From Escherichia coli (GTDB lineage Bacteria > Pseudomonadota > Gammaproteobacteria > Enterobacterales > Enterobacteriaceae): a DNA stretch of 38,946 bases. Below the pieces are notes generated by a model. The model made no database searches, had not been told where the DNA came from, and saw only the letters and a program-made list of their open reading frames with translations. The translations under genes were made by a program, and so were the position numbers. Below, piece after piece: positions 22,132-37,822 of this stretch (its first letter is position 1; each line of letters starts with the position of its first letter). The DNA lies in NCBI RefSeq assembly GCF_003334255.1, contig NZ_QOWU01000055.1; one strand, given 5' to 3'.

Positions 22132-23372
22132 CAGGGTTTTACCCCCGTGTTTTCAGTTTCTACCCGATCCTGCGTTTCCATTGTCGGTTGTGCGGGCGGA
22201 TCAACCTGCGCCAGACGTGGCGTGTGTGCCGGAAGCCAGCCAACCAGCGCCGGGAAGTGGCGTAAAAAGTGGAACGCCAGTACGCTTTTGGTCAGGTTCC
22301 ACCAGGTGCGTTTGGGCAGCATGGTTTCATCCACCTGCTGACAATCTGCGGCAATAATGCCGTTCAGATTATCGCGCAGCGTCTGGTTAAAATGACGATC
22401 GTGGATGATGACATTTGCTTCGAGATTCAGTGACAAACTGAGCGGATCGAGATTACTGGACCCTACTGTCGCCCAGTGATCGTCCATCAATGCCACTTTG
22501 CCGTGGAGCGGGCGGCGGCGGTACTCAAAAACCTGAACGCCGCCTTTAACCAGATAGTTATACAGCAAGCGCGCACCGACTCTGACAATCGGCATATCCG
22601 GTTCGCCCTGAATGATCAGTTTGATCCGCACCCCGCGCCGTGCCGCTTTACGCAAGGCGTGTAAAAATCGATAGCCGGGGAAGAAGTAGGCGTTGGCGAT
22701 AATCACTTCCCGCCGCGCCTGAGTGAGCATTTTCAAATAATGGCGTTCAATATCATCGCGATGTTCTTCGTTATCGCGCCAGACCAGCAATACCTGCGCT
22801 TCTCCCGGCTGGCGGTTCTCTTCCGCTTTGTGATGACGTCGCCACCAGCGTCGTGCCGCGCTCTGTCCAGGCAGGTTTTCCAGCTCAAACTGGAGAATAT
22901 CTTCGACAATCGGCCCTTCAAGGCGTACCGCGTAATCCTGTTTAGCCTCTGGACCGTAGCTGGACATATGCTCGGCGGAGTAATTCAGCCCGCCAATAAA
23001 GGCTATACGCGCGTCGATCACCACAATTTTGCGATGCATCCGGCGAAACACATTGGTGCGCATACCAAAAAGGCGAGGGCGGGGATCGTAGTAGCGGAAC
23101 ACTACGCCAGCTGCCGTCAGTTCATTGACAAACTCATCGCTGAGATCCGGCGAACCGTAGCCATCCAGCAAGACTTCCGCTTTAACCCCGCGTTGCGCTG
23201 CTGCCAGTAGTGCCGCATGCAGTTGTTTGCCGACGTCATCCTCAAACCAGATAAACGTTTCAAGAATGATGCGTTCTTGTGCCTCGCCAATCGCCTTAAA
23301 CACCGCGGGATAATATTGCTCGCCGTTTTCCAGCAACTGGATCTTATTGCCTTCGCGCCAGCTACATTTCAT
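22131..23372 (-). CDS. clsB: Cardiolipin synthase B (phospholipase-D superfamily, two HKD motifs)
   Basis: 413-aa ORF with HRKIVVID and [12 protein letters not shown] motifs. Confidence 0.9.
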
Positions 23373-24130
23373 AAATGAATCTCCGCACTTAAAGGGGCAT
23401 GATCAGAAAGGTGTCGCCATGTCCGCAGCGGCAACGCGGTTGGCGCGCTGGCGCTGGCATTTTTGACGTAGATCCTGTCCAGTCGTAGTAGAGGAAATTG
23501 CACCGGAAACGTGCGCGCCGGGCGTCCGTGGGCGCGGGTAAAAATCTCATCCAGTCCGGCCTGCACTTTTAACGGATGATTAGCTTTTTGCCGCCAGTCA
23601 TTGAAATCACCCGCCACCAATACCGGTTCGCCGTCCGGTAGCTCATTCACCCATTCGGCGAGCATCGCAAGCTGCGCCTGACGGTGCGCCTCACGCAGGC
23701 CCAGATGTACGCACATCACATGAATCGCTTTTCCGGTCATCGGCGGCACAATGCGGCAGTAGAGCACGCCGCGCTTTTCCGCACCATCGACCGAAACATC
23801 GCGATTCTCATAATGTTCAATGGGATAACGCGACAGTACGGCGTTGCCGTGATGCCCTTCCGGGTATACGGCATTGCGACCGTAGGCAAAATCGCTCCAC
23901 ATAGTGTCGGCGAGAAACTCGTAGTGCGAGGTATCGGGCCAGTTTTCCACATGCAGCGGATGAACTTCGTGCGCGCCCATCACTTCCTGCAGGCAAACAA
24001 TATCGGCGCTGACGGTACGCACGGCGTCGCGAAGTTCCGGCAAAATGAAGCGTCGGTTAAACGCGGTAAAGCCTTTGTGAATATTGATGGTGAGCACCTT
24101 GAACGAAAATTGTTGTGTTTGATCGGGCAT
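23369..24130 (-). CDS. ybhP: Endonuclease/exonuclease/phosphatase (EEP) family protein
   Basis: 253-aa ORF; 4-bp ATGA overlap with the clsB start; first gene of the ybhP-clsB-ybhN operon. Confidence 0.85.
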
Positions 24131-24196
24131 AATTTTCCTGTCTTTGCCTCTTATCTCATTGAAATAGTGTAGTCGGCGTCACAAAAAGGTGCGGTC

Positions 24197-24214
24197 TTAC
24201 GGAATTTTCCGTAA
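24197..24214. promoter_or_regulatory. Inverted repeat TTACGGAA-tt-TTCCGTAA in the ybhP/ybhQ divergent promoter region (operator candidate)
   Basis: Perfect 8-bp arms with 2-bp spacer read directly; lies between the ybhP start (24130) and ybhQ start (24263). Confidence 0.4.
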
Positions 24215-24262
24215 AGTTCGGTACTCTGAGTAAGTAGAGATAAATTCTTCAGGAGAGAAGCC

Positions 24263-24673
24263 ATGAAGTGGCAACAACGTGTTCGTGTCGCAACGGGTCT
24301 AAGTTGCTGGCAGATTATGTTGCATTTACTGGTAGTGGCGCTGCTGGTGGTGGGCTGGATGAGTAAGACTCTGGTTCACGTCGGCGTGGGATTATGCGCA
24401 CTGTATTGTGTCACGGTAGTGATGATGCTGGTGTTTCAGCGCCACCCCGAGCAACGCTGGCGTGAGGTGGCAGACGTGCTGGAAGAGCTGACCACGACCT
24501 GGTATTTTGGCGCAGCGCTGATTGTGCTGTGGCTGTTGTCCCGCGTTCTGGAAAACAACTTTTTGCTGGCAATTGCAGGGCTGGCAATCCTTGCCGGCCC
24601 GGCGGTAGTGTCTTTGCTGGCGAAAGATAAGAAGTTACATCACCTTACGTCTAAACATCGCGTACGCCGCTGA
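24263..24673 (+). CDS. ybhQ: Small inner membrane protein
   Basis: 136-aa ORF with predicted TM helices; its 3' end overlaps the convergent ybhR by 39 bp. Confidence 0.8.
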
Positions 24674-25741
24674 CCCTGTCGTGGCCGTTATCACCAGTAG
24701 CGGCCACAAACTATTCCACACAATATCCAGACTCGCATCCTTCAAATAAATCTGCTTGGTAATGTCCGTAAAGTGGCGAATAGGGTTAATCCACGTCAGG
24801 TTTTGCAGCCATACCGGCATGTTTTCCACCGGAGAAACGTAACCGGAAAGGAGAATGGCGGGCATCATAAAGACAAACACGCCGATAAACGCCTGCTGTT
24901 GTGTTGAACAGAGTGATGAAATCAACAGACCGAATCCCACCAGCGATAAACCATAAATCACCATCGTAAAGTAGAACAGCGCCAGCGATCCGGCGAAGGG
25001 GATTTGATACGCCCAGATACCAATCGCCAGCACAATGGTGGCCTGGAAGGTGGCGACAATTAACGCCGGTACGGCTTTGCCGATGAAGATCTGCCAGGTG
25101 GTGAGCGGCGAAACCAGTAGCTGATCGAGCGTACCTTGTTCACGTTCGCGGGCGACGGAAAGTGAAGTGACGATCATTACGCCGATAGTGGTGATCATGG
25201 CGATCAGTGACGGCACCACAAACCATTTGTAGTCGAGATTCGGGTTATACCAGTTGCGTACCACCAGCTCGCTGTTGTTAGGTTTCGGTTTTCCTTCCAG
25301 CAGCTCCTGCTGATAATTTTTGACGATCTGTTGCAGGTAGTTGGCGGCAATTTGCGCACTGTTGGAGTTACGCCCGTCGAGGATCAACTGCAAAGGCGCG
25401 GTCTGGAAGGTATCCAGTTTGCGCGAGAAGTCAGCCGGGAAACGCACCAGTAGTAACGCCTTTTGTGTGTCGATGGTTGGGCGGATCTCCTGTGGGCTTT
25501 TCAGCAGCAGCACATGAGTAAAGGCGCTGGCGCGGGCAAAACGTTGGGTCAGCTCCACCGAATGCTCGCCGTTATCTTCATCGTAGATGGCGATGGTGGC
25601 GTTAGTCACTTCCAGCGTGGCGGCGAACGGGAACAGGATCACCTGAATTAGCACGGGTAAAATCAGAATCGCGCGGGTTTGCGGTTCGCGCAGCAACGAC
25701 TGCAACTCTTTGCGGATTAACGTCCATAAGCGATGAAACAT
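24635..25741 (-). CDS. ybhR: ABC-2 type transporter permease
   Basis: 368-aa multi-TM ORF, last gene of the cecR-ybhGFSR cluster. Confidence 0.88.
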
Positions 25742-25751
25742 GCTCTTCTCC

Positions 25752-26877
25752 CTAATCCAGCCGACGTTTGGTTTTCAGCCACGTCAGGCCGATAAACATC
25801 ACCGCCGAAGCGATCAAAAACAGCACGTTTACCACCAGCACCACTGGAATATTCCCGGCGAGGAACAGGCTTTGCAGGGTGCTGACGAAATAACGAGCGG
25901 GAATAATGTACGTCACCGCGCGGATCACCGCGGGCATACTGTCGATCTGAAAAATAAAGCCGGAAAGCATAATCGACGGCAGAAAAGCGGCGTTCAGGGC
26001 GACCTGAGCGGCATTGAACTGGTTGCGGGTAATCGTGGAAATCAGCAGCCCCATCCCCAGGGTACTGAGTAAAAACAGGCTGGAGATAAAAAACAGAATC
26101 AGCAGCGACCCGCGATACGGCACGCCGAGAATAAACACTGACACCAGCATACACAGCAACATCGCCAGCATCCCGAGAAAGTAATAAGGGATCAGCTTAC
26201 ACAGCAGCAGTTCCGTGCGGGTAATCTCCGTAGAGAGCAGAGCCTCCATGGTGCCGCGTTCCCATTCTCGCGCCACCACCAGCGAGGTGAGAATCGCGCC
26301 GATGACCGTCATGATAATGGTCACCGCACCGGGGATAATGAAGTGCTGGCTAATCGCCGCCGGGTTAAACCAGTAGCGGGTTTGTACATCAATAAGCGGT
26401 TCAAAAGTCTGCCCGTTGTCCTCCGCTCGCTGCATTTGCCAGATCTGCCAGATCCCTTCGACATACCCCTGTACAAAGTTAGCGGTATTCGGCTCACTGC
26501 CGTCGGTGATCACCTGAATCGGTGCGGTGGCGTTGGCGCGCTCCATCTGTTCCGCAAAATCCACCGGAATAACCACCAGACCGCGAATTTTCCCCGCCTG
26601 CATTTTGGCGATCAGTTCCTGACGGTTATCGCTGATGGTGGCGTCGATGTAGGGCGAACCGGTCATGGTGTGGGTGAAATCCAGCGCCGCTTCGCTACGC
26701 TGTTCCAGTAAAATCCCGACCCGCAGCTTGCTGGAGTCGAGGTTAATGCCGTAACCAAAAATAAACAGCAGTAGCAGCGGGATCACTACCGCAATCAGCC
26801 AGCTACTCGGATCGCGAACGATCTGCCGCGTCTCTTTAACGCACAGCGCCCGTACGCGACGCCAGGACAGGATCGGG

Positions 26878-26885
<8 letters not shown>
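25752..26885 (-). CDS. ybhS: ABC-2 type transporter permease
   Basis: 377-aa multi-TM paralogue of YbhR. Confidence 0.88.
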
Positions 26886-30276
<3,391 letters not shown>

Positions 30277-30289
30277 CGCACAGTCCATT

Positions 30290-30311
30290 CTTAATCAAAT
30301 GATTGATTAAG
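30290..30311. promoter_or_regulatory. Candidate TetR-type operator: CTTAATCAA-atga-TTGATTAAG inverted repeat just upstream of cecR
   Basis: Perfect 9-bp arms with 4-bp spacer, 14 bp upstream of the cecR start codon in the cecR/rhlE divergent region. Confidence 0.5.
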
Positions 30312-30504
30312 ATTATGACTCCATAGGGGAGTTGTCCAGTATGGCTAAGAATTTTAGCAACGCCAGTCACAGGGATAATTTATGCGCTGCGTCACAAAAA
30401 CTGCTACACTCCGCTCCCTCATGACATTGTGGTTTTTGTCATTTTCCTTTTCAGTATCTCCCTGAAAACTACACCGGTAACGGTCGGGGCGGTTCGGAGT
30501 AGTT

Positions 30505-31869
30505 ATGTCTTTCGATTCTTTGGGTTTAAGCCCTGATATCCTGCGCGCCGTTGCCGAGCAGGGTTACCGTGAACCCACCCCTATTCAGCAGCAGGCGATC
30601 CCTGCGGTGCTGGAAGGCCGCGACCTGATGGCTAGCGCCCAGACCGGCACCGGCAAAACAGCGGGCTTTACGCTGCCGCTGTTGCAACACCTGATCACTC
30701 GCCAGCCGCACGCCAAAGGGCGTCGTCCGGTACGTGCGCTCATTCTTACCCCGACCCGTGAACTGGCGGCGCAGATTGGCGAAAACGTCCGTGATTACAG
30801 CAAATACCTGAACATTCGTTCGCTGGTGGTGTTTGGTGGTGTGAGTATTAACCTGCAGATGATGAAACTGCGTGGCGGCGTTGATGTGCTGGTGGCAACC
30901 CCGGGACGTTTGCTGGACCTGGAACATCAGAATGCAGTGAAGCTGGATCAGGTTGAAATCCTCGTCCTCGATGAAGCTGACCGCATGCTCGACATGGGCT
31001 TTATCCACGATATCCGTCGCGTGTTAACAAAACTACCTGCGAAGCGCCAGAACCTGTTATTCTCCGCGACCTTCTCTGACGATATTAAAGCCCTGGCGGA
31101 AAAACTGTTGCACAACCCGCTGGAAATCGAAGTGGCACGCCGCAATACCGCGTCTGATCAGGTGACCCAGCACGTTCACTTTGTCGATAAGAAACGCAAA
31201 CGCGAATTGCTGTCGCACATGATTGGGAAAGGGAACTGGCAGCAGGTGCTGGTGTTTACCCGTACCAAACACGGCGCTAACCATCTGGCTGAACAGCTCA
31301 ATAAAGATGGCATCCGTAGTGCGGCGATCCACGGCAATAAATCGCAAGGTGCGCGTACTCGTGCGCTGGCTGATTTTAAATCGGGCGATATTCGTGTACT
31401 GGTGGCAACTGACATCGCTGCGCGCGGCCTGGATATTGAAGAGCTGCCGCACGTCGTCAACTATGAACTGCCAAACGTACCTGAAGATTATGTCCACCGT
31501 ATCGGGCGTACCGGTCGTGCGGCTGCTACCGGTGAAGCGTTGTCGCTGGTGTGTGTTGATGAACACAAACTGCTGCGTGATATCGAAAAACTGCTGAAAA
31601 AAGAGATCCCGCGCATTGCGATTCCGGGCTATGAGCCGGACCCGTCAATCAAAGCCGAACCGATCCAGAACGGTCGCCAGCAACGTGGCGGCGGCGGTCG
31701 TGGGCAAGGTGGTGGTCGCGGTCAACAGCAACCACGCCGTGGGGAAGGTGGCGCAAAATCTGCAAGCGCGAAACCTGCAGAAAAACCGTCTCGCCGCCTC
31801 GGCGATGCCAAACCGGCAGGCGAACAACAACGTCGCCGCCGTCCGCGTAAACCTGCCGCTGCGCAGTAA
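30505..31869 (+). CDS. rhlE: ATP-dependent DEAD-box RNA helicase
   Basis: 454-aa ORF with Q-motif, Walker A (AQTGTGKT), DEAD box (LVLDEADRM) and an Arg/Gly-rich C-terminal tail. Confidence 0.95.
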   Translation: MSFDSLGLSPDILRAVAEQGYREPTPIQQQAIPAVLEGRDLMASAQTGTGKTAGFTLPLLQHLITRQPHAKGRRPVRALILTPTRELAAQIGENVRDYSKYLNIRSLVVFGGVSINLQMMKLRGGVDVLVATPGRLLDLEHQNAVKLDQVEILVLDEADRMLDMGFIHDIRRVLTKLPAKRQNLLFSATFSDDIKALAEKLLHNPLEIEVARRNTASDQVTQHVHFVDKKRKRELLSHMIGKGNWQQVLVFTRTKHGANHLAEQLNKDGIRSAAIHGNKSQGARTRALADFKSGDIRVLVATDIAARGLDIEELPHVVNYELPNVPEDYVHRIGRTGRAAATGEALSLVCVDEHKLLRDIEKLLKKEIPRIAIPGYEPDPSIKAEPIQNGRQQRGGGGRGQGGGRGQQQPRRGEGGAKSASAKPAEKPSRRLGDAKPAGEQQRRRRPRKPAAAQ

Positions 31870-31875
31870 TCTTTT

Positions 31876-31896
31876 ATGCCGGGCTATGCCCGGCAT
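31876..31896 (+). other. Stem-loop (ATGCCGGGC/GCCCGGCAT, 3-nt loop) directly after the rhlE stop
   Basis: Perfect 9-bp inverted repeat; no T-run follows, so probably a 3' stabilising hairpin rather than a classical intrinsic terminator. Confidence 0.45.
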
Positions 31897-31921
31897 CAGG
31901 CTGATGAACAAACGCAAAACT

Positions 31922-32020
<99 letters not shown>

Positions 32021-32100
32021 TTTCACAACAAGCACTTGTCAGCAATTTGAGAACACGGGAAAAAATTTATCTGTTTTACCGCCCATAAGCCACCGAGACG

Positions 32101-32583
32101 TTACTTCTCTATAGCCAATTGTTCGCGCAACTCCATTAAAAGGTAGCCCAGTCGATTCTTGCCCTTACCATGACCACCGTCTCCCCAGTAAGCATCGTTT
32201 TCCGTATGCTCAACCAGTTTTGCGGGCGCGGTTGCCAGCAAGAGCGCACGCAGTTCTGCATGCTGTTCGAATTTAGCGCGAAGTGCTTTTCGCATCACCT
32301 GTTCTTTGACCGACTCCCAGTTTTTACGCAGAGGCTTAGAACGATCGCGCCCCATGCGTGCGGCGACCATAGGGGAAGAAACCCGACGGATCTCTTCGCG
32401 GTATTTTTCATCAAGGAATTTTTGTGCCTGAAAATAGTGTTCTGAGGTGGGCCAGGTTTTCCCGTCAACCTTGATGGGCCAGGCGGCAAAGTTAGAAAAA
32501 TCACCGTAGTCATCGCTGGTGCTGTAGAAATTTATGATGGTGTCTTGCATGACGTGTTGGATCCTTTGTGCTCGAACGGGCAT
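32101..32583 (-). CDS. ybiA: NADAR/DUF1768-family N-glycosidase (riboflavin-intermediate hydrolase)
   Basis: 160-aa ORF; divergent from dinG. Confidence 0.85.
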   Translation of the reverse strand: MPVRAQRIQHVMQDTIINFYSTSDDYGDFSNFAAWPIKVDGKTWPTSEHYFQAQKFLDEKYREEIRRVSSPMVAARMGRDRSKPLRKNWESVKEQVMRKALRAKFEQHAELRALLLATAPAKLVEHTENDAYWGDGGHGKGKNRLGYLLMELREQLAIEK

Positions 32584-32668
32584 TAAACCGCATTATGTTG
32601 GTGGTTATTGCGAGCCGCTTTCCAGAAACAGAAAAACCATTACCCCTGAAAACCGAAAAATGCCACAA

Positions 32669-32688
32669 TATTGGCTGTTTATACAGTA
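32669..32688. promoter_or_regulatory. Non-canonical LexA box of dinG (TTG-N10-CAG)
   Basis: TATTGGCTGTTTATACAGTA, 15 bp upstream of the dinG ATG; the left half-site is TTG rather than CTG. Confidence 0.7.
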
Positions 32689-32702
32689 TTTCAGGTTTTC
32701 TC

Positions 32703-34853
32703 ATGGCATTAACCGCCGCGCTTAAAGCGCAAATTGCCGCCTGGTATAAGGCGCTTCAGGAACAGATCCCCGACTTTATTCCCCGTGCGCCGCAGCGGCA
32801 GATGATTGCGGACGTCGCCAAAACGCTGGCCGGAGAAGAAGGGCGACATCTGGCGATTGAAGCCCCCACCGGCGTTGGGAAAACGCTCTCTTATTTGATT
32901 CCCGGCATCGCCATTGCCCGCGAAGAGCAAAAAACGCTGGTGGTGAGTACCGCCAACGTGGCATTGCAGGATCAGATTTACAGCAAAGATTTACCGCTGC
33001 TGAAAAAGATCATTCCCGATCTTAAATTCACTGCCGCTTTTGGGCGTGGGCGCTACGTTTGTCCGCGTAATCTGACGGCGCTCGCCAGTACTGAACCCAC
33101 GCAACAGGATCTGCTGGCGTTTCTTGACGACGAACTGACGCCGAACAATCAGGAAGAGCAAAAACGTTGTGCGAAGCTGAAGGGCGATCTCGATACTTAT
33201 AAATGGGATGGTCTGCGCGATCATACTGATATCGCTATAGATGACGATCTCTGGCGTCGTTTAAGTACCGACAAAGCCAGCTGCCTCAACCGCAATTGTT
33301 ACTACTATCGTGAATGCCCGTTTTTTGTCGCTCGTCGGGAGATTCAGGAAGCGGAAGTGGTGGTGGCAAACCATGCGCTGGTGATGGCGGCGATGGAAAG
33401 CGAAGCGGTATTGCCTGACCCGAAAAATTTACTGCTGGTGCTGGACGAAGGCCATCACCTGCCGGATGTGGCGCGGGATGCGCTTGAGATGAGCGCCGAA
33501 ATCACCGCGCCGTGGTATCGGCTACAGCTGGACTTGTTCACGAAACTGGTCGCTACCTGCATGGAGCAGTTTCGCCCGAAGACCATCCCACCGCTGGCGA
33601 TCCCTGAACGTTTGAATGCGCATTGTGAAGAGTTGTATGAGCTTATCGCCTCGTTAAACAACATTCTCAATCTCTACATGCCTGCCGGGCAGGAGGCAGA
33701 GCACCGTTTTGCGATGGGCGAACTGCCAGATGAAGTGCTGGAGATCTGCCAGCGGCTGGCAAAACTCACCGAGATGCTGCGTGGCCTGGCGGAGTTATTT
33801 CTTAACGATTTAAGTGAGAAAACCGGCAGCCATGACATTGTACGTCTGCATCGGTTGATTTTGCAGATGAACCGCGCGTTGGGGATGTTCGAGGCGCAAA
33901 GCAAACTCTGGCGGCTGGCTTCGCTGGCGCAATCTTCCGGTGCACCGGTGACCAAATGGGCGACGCGGGAAGAGCGCGAAGGGCAGCTACACCTCTGGTT
34001 TCACTGCGTGGGAATACGTGTCAGCGATCAGCTGGAAAGGCTGCTGTGGCGCAGTATTCCGCACATTATTGTCACCTCCGCAACCTTGCGTTCGCTGAAC
34101 AGTTTTTCGCGTTTGCAGGAGATGAGTGGTCTGAAAGAGAAAGCGGGCGACCGTTTTGTGGCGCTGGATTCCCCCTTTAACCACTGCGAACAGGGCAAAA
34201 TTGTTATTCCCCGGATGCGCGTTGAGCCTTCCATCGACAACGAAGAGCAGCATATTGCCGAAATGGCGGCCTTTTTCCGTAAGCAGGTGGAGAGCAAAAA
34301 ACATCTCGGTATGTTGGTACTGTTTGCCAGCGGACGGGCGATGCAGCGCTTTCTCGACTATGTGACGGATTTACGTCTGATGTTGCTGGTTCAGGGCGAT
34401 CAGCCGCGTTACCGTTTAGTTGAACTGCACCGCAAACGCGTCGCCAACGGTGAGCGCAGCGTGCTGGTGGGCTTACAGTCATTTGCCGAAGGGCTTGATT
34501 TGAAAGGTGATCTGCTCAGCCAGGTGCATATCCACAAAATCGCTTTTCCGCCCATCGACAGCCCGGTGGTGATCACCGAAGGGGAATGGCTGAAAAGCCT
34601 CAACCGCTATCCGTTTGAGGTGCAAAGCCTGCCGAGCGCCTCGTTTAACCTGATTCAGCAGGTTGGGCGACTGATTCGAAGCCACGGTTGCTGGGGCGAA
34701 GTGGTTATCTACGACAAACGCTTGCTGACCAAAAATTATGGCAAGCGACTACTGGATGCATTACCGGTATTTCCGATAGAGCAACCGGAAGTCCCTGAAG
34801 GTATAGTTAAAAAGAAAGAAAAAACGAAATCCCCACGCCGTCGGCGGCGTTAA
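32703..34853 (+). CDS. dinG: ATP-dependent DNA helicase DinG (Fe-S, XPD-like)
   Basis: ORF track frame 32568..34853; start MALTAALKAQIAAWYKAL giving 716 aa; Walker A (APTGVGKT) and DEGH box. Confidence 0.95.
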   Translation: MALTAALKAQIAAWYKALQEQIPDFIPRAPQRQMIADVAKTLAGEEGRHLAIEAPTGVGKTLSYLIPGIAIAREEQKTLVVSTANVALQDQIYSKDLPLLKKIIPDLKFTAAFGRGRYVCPRNLTALASTEPTQQDLLAFLDDELTPNNQEEQKRCAKLKGDLDTYKWDGLRDHTDIAIDDDLWRRLSTDKASCLNRNCYYYRECPFFVARREIQEAEVVVANHALVMAAMESEAVLPDPKNLLLVLDEGHHLPDVARDALEMSAEITAPWYRLQLDLFTKLVATCMEQFRPKTIPPLAIPERLNAHCEELYELIASLNNILNLYMPAGQEAEHRFAMGELPDEVLEICQRLAKLTEMLRGLAELFLNDLSEKTGSHDIVRLHRLILQMNRALGMFEAQSKLWRLASLAQSSGAPVTKWATREEREGQLHLWFHCVGIRVSDQLERLLWRSIPHIIVTSATLRSLNSFSRLQEMSGLKEKAGDRFVALDSPFNHCEQGKIVIPRMRVEPSIDNEEQHIAEMAAFFRKQVESKKHLGMLVLFASGRAMQRFLDYVTDLRLMLLVQGDQPRYRLVELHRKRVANGERSVLVGLQSFAEGLDLKGDLLSQVHIHKIAFPPIDSPVVITEGEWLKSLNRYPFEVQSLPSASFNLIQQVGRLIRSHGCWGEVVIYDKRLLTKNYGKRLLDALPVFPIEQPEVPEGIVKKKEKTKSPRRRRR

Positions 34854-34880
34854 TGATGTGAGTCAGGTAAGGAGTCGTAA

Positions 34881-35843
<963 letters not shown>

Positions 35844-35849
35844 TTCTTT

Positions 35850-35926
<77 letters not shown>

Positions 35927-35971
35927 ACGCCCGGCGTGCAGCATAAAAATACAACAAACACATAACATAAA

Positions 35972-37067
<1,096 letters not shown>

Positions 37068-37069
<2 letters not shown>

Positions 37070-37097
37070 AAAAAAGCCCGTCCAGTGGCGGACGGGC
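37068..37097. terminator. Bidirectional terminator between convergent hcxB and ybiJ
   Basis: A8 tract, then stem GCCCGTCC/GGACGGGC with 6-nt loop; on the minus strand this reads as hairpin plus U8. Confidence 0.75.
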
Positions 37098-37165
37098 AAA
37101 CAAGGGTAACATAGGATCAATGAGGGTTAGAGCATATGCGTCTGTCGGCAAACAGACAGGGAAAT

Positions 37166-37294
37166 ACTTGTGCTGGACGTAGCGTAAACGCCTGATCCGT
37201 CCAACGGTTCGGATTTTGTAGGCCTGATAAGACGCGGTAGCGTCGCATCAGGCATCTGTTGCCGGATGCGGCGTAAACGCCTTATCCGTCCTAC
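37166..37294. repeat. REP/BIME cluster downstream of ybiJ
   Basis: GTAGGCCTGATAAGACGCGGTAGCGTCGCATCAGGC (37218-37253) and GCCGGATGCGGCGTAAACGCCTTATCCGTCCTAC (37261-37294), plus a partial REP-like segment upstream. Confidence 0.8.
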
Positions 37295-37297
37295 GAA

Positions 37298-37558
37298 TTA
37301 CTTATAAATTACCGCAGTACCGCTTAATTTATTGTTGTTGGTGGCGGAAGTGATGCTGTATCCACTGGCACCGGCTGCCGCGGCTTTCTCAGCCAGTTTC
37401 GCTTCCAGGGCATCGAGGGTGGATGCGCCATCGGCAGAAACCACGCCGATTTTATTCATGTTCTGTGCCTGGGATGCCGTTACCGGTTCCGCCGCGAACA
37501 CGCCAAATGACAGAGTTGAAAGAGCCATAGCAGCAACAACAGTATTGATAGTTTTCAT
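37298..37558 (-). CDS. ybiJ: Small secreted DUF1471 (YhcN/BhsA-like) stress protein
   Basis: 86-aa ORF with N-terminal signal peptide (MKTINTVVAAMALSTLSFGVFA). Confidence 0.85.
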   Translation of the reverse strand: MKTINTVVAAMALSTLSFGVFAAEPVTASQAQNMNKIGVVSADGASTLDALEAKLAEKAAAAGASGYSITSATNNNKLSGTAVIYK

Positions 37559-37605
37559 AATTAATCTCTCGCAGGTGATTTTTGTATAAGTGACGTTGTT
37601 TCGTC

Positions 37606-37630
37606 GATGTGATGAGTATCACGTTTTTTT
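37606..37630 (+). terminator. Orphan plus-strand terminator-like hairpin plus T7 between ybiJ and ybiI
   Basis: Short stem (GTGAT/ATCAC, extendable with wobble pairs) followed by TTTTTTT at 37624-37630, oriented opposite to both flanking genes. Confidence 0.3.
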
Positions 37631-37822
37631 ACGAGAGATAAAATCGAAGAGAATTGACCGCCTTGTTCAAATAAATTGATTGATATCTAACCTACTGATA
37701 AACCATTTATTTGTTGTACTTATGAACTTGTTTTATACCGCGTGGCAGTCACAGCAGCGTTAAAGGCACGGAATGACACGCAAAATACAAATTATACTCG
37801 CTATGCATCTCGCCAGTTGTAG

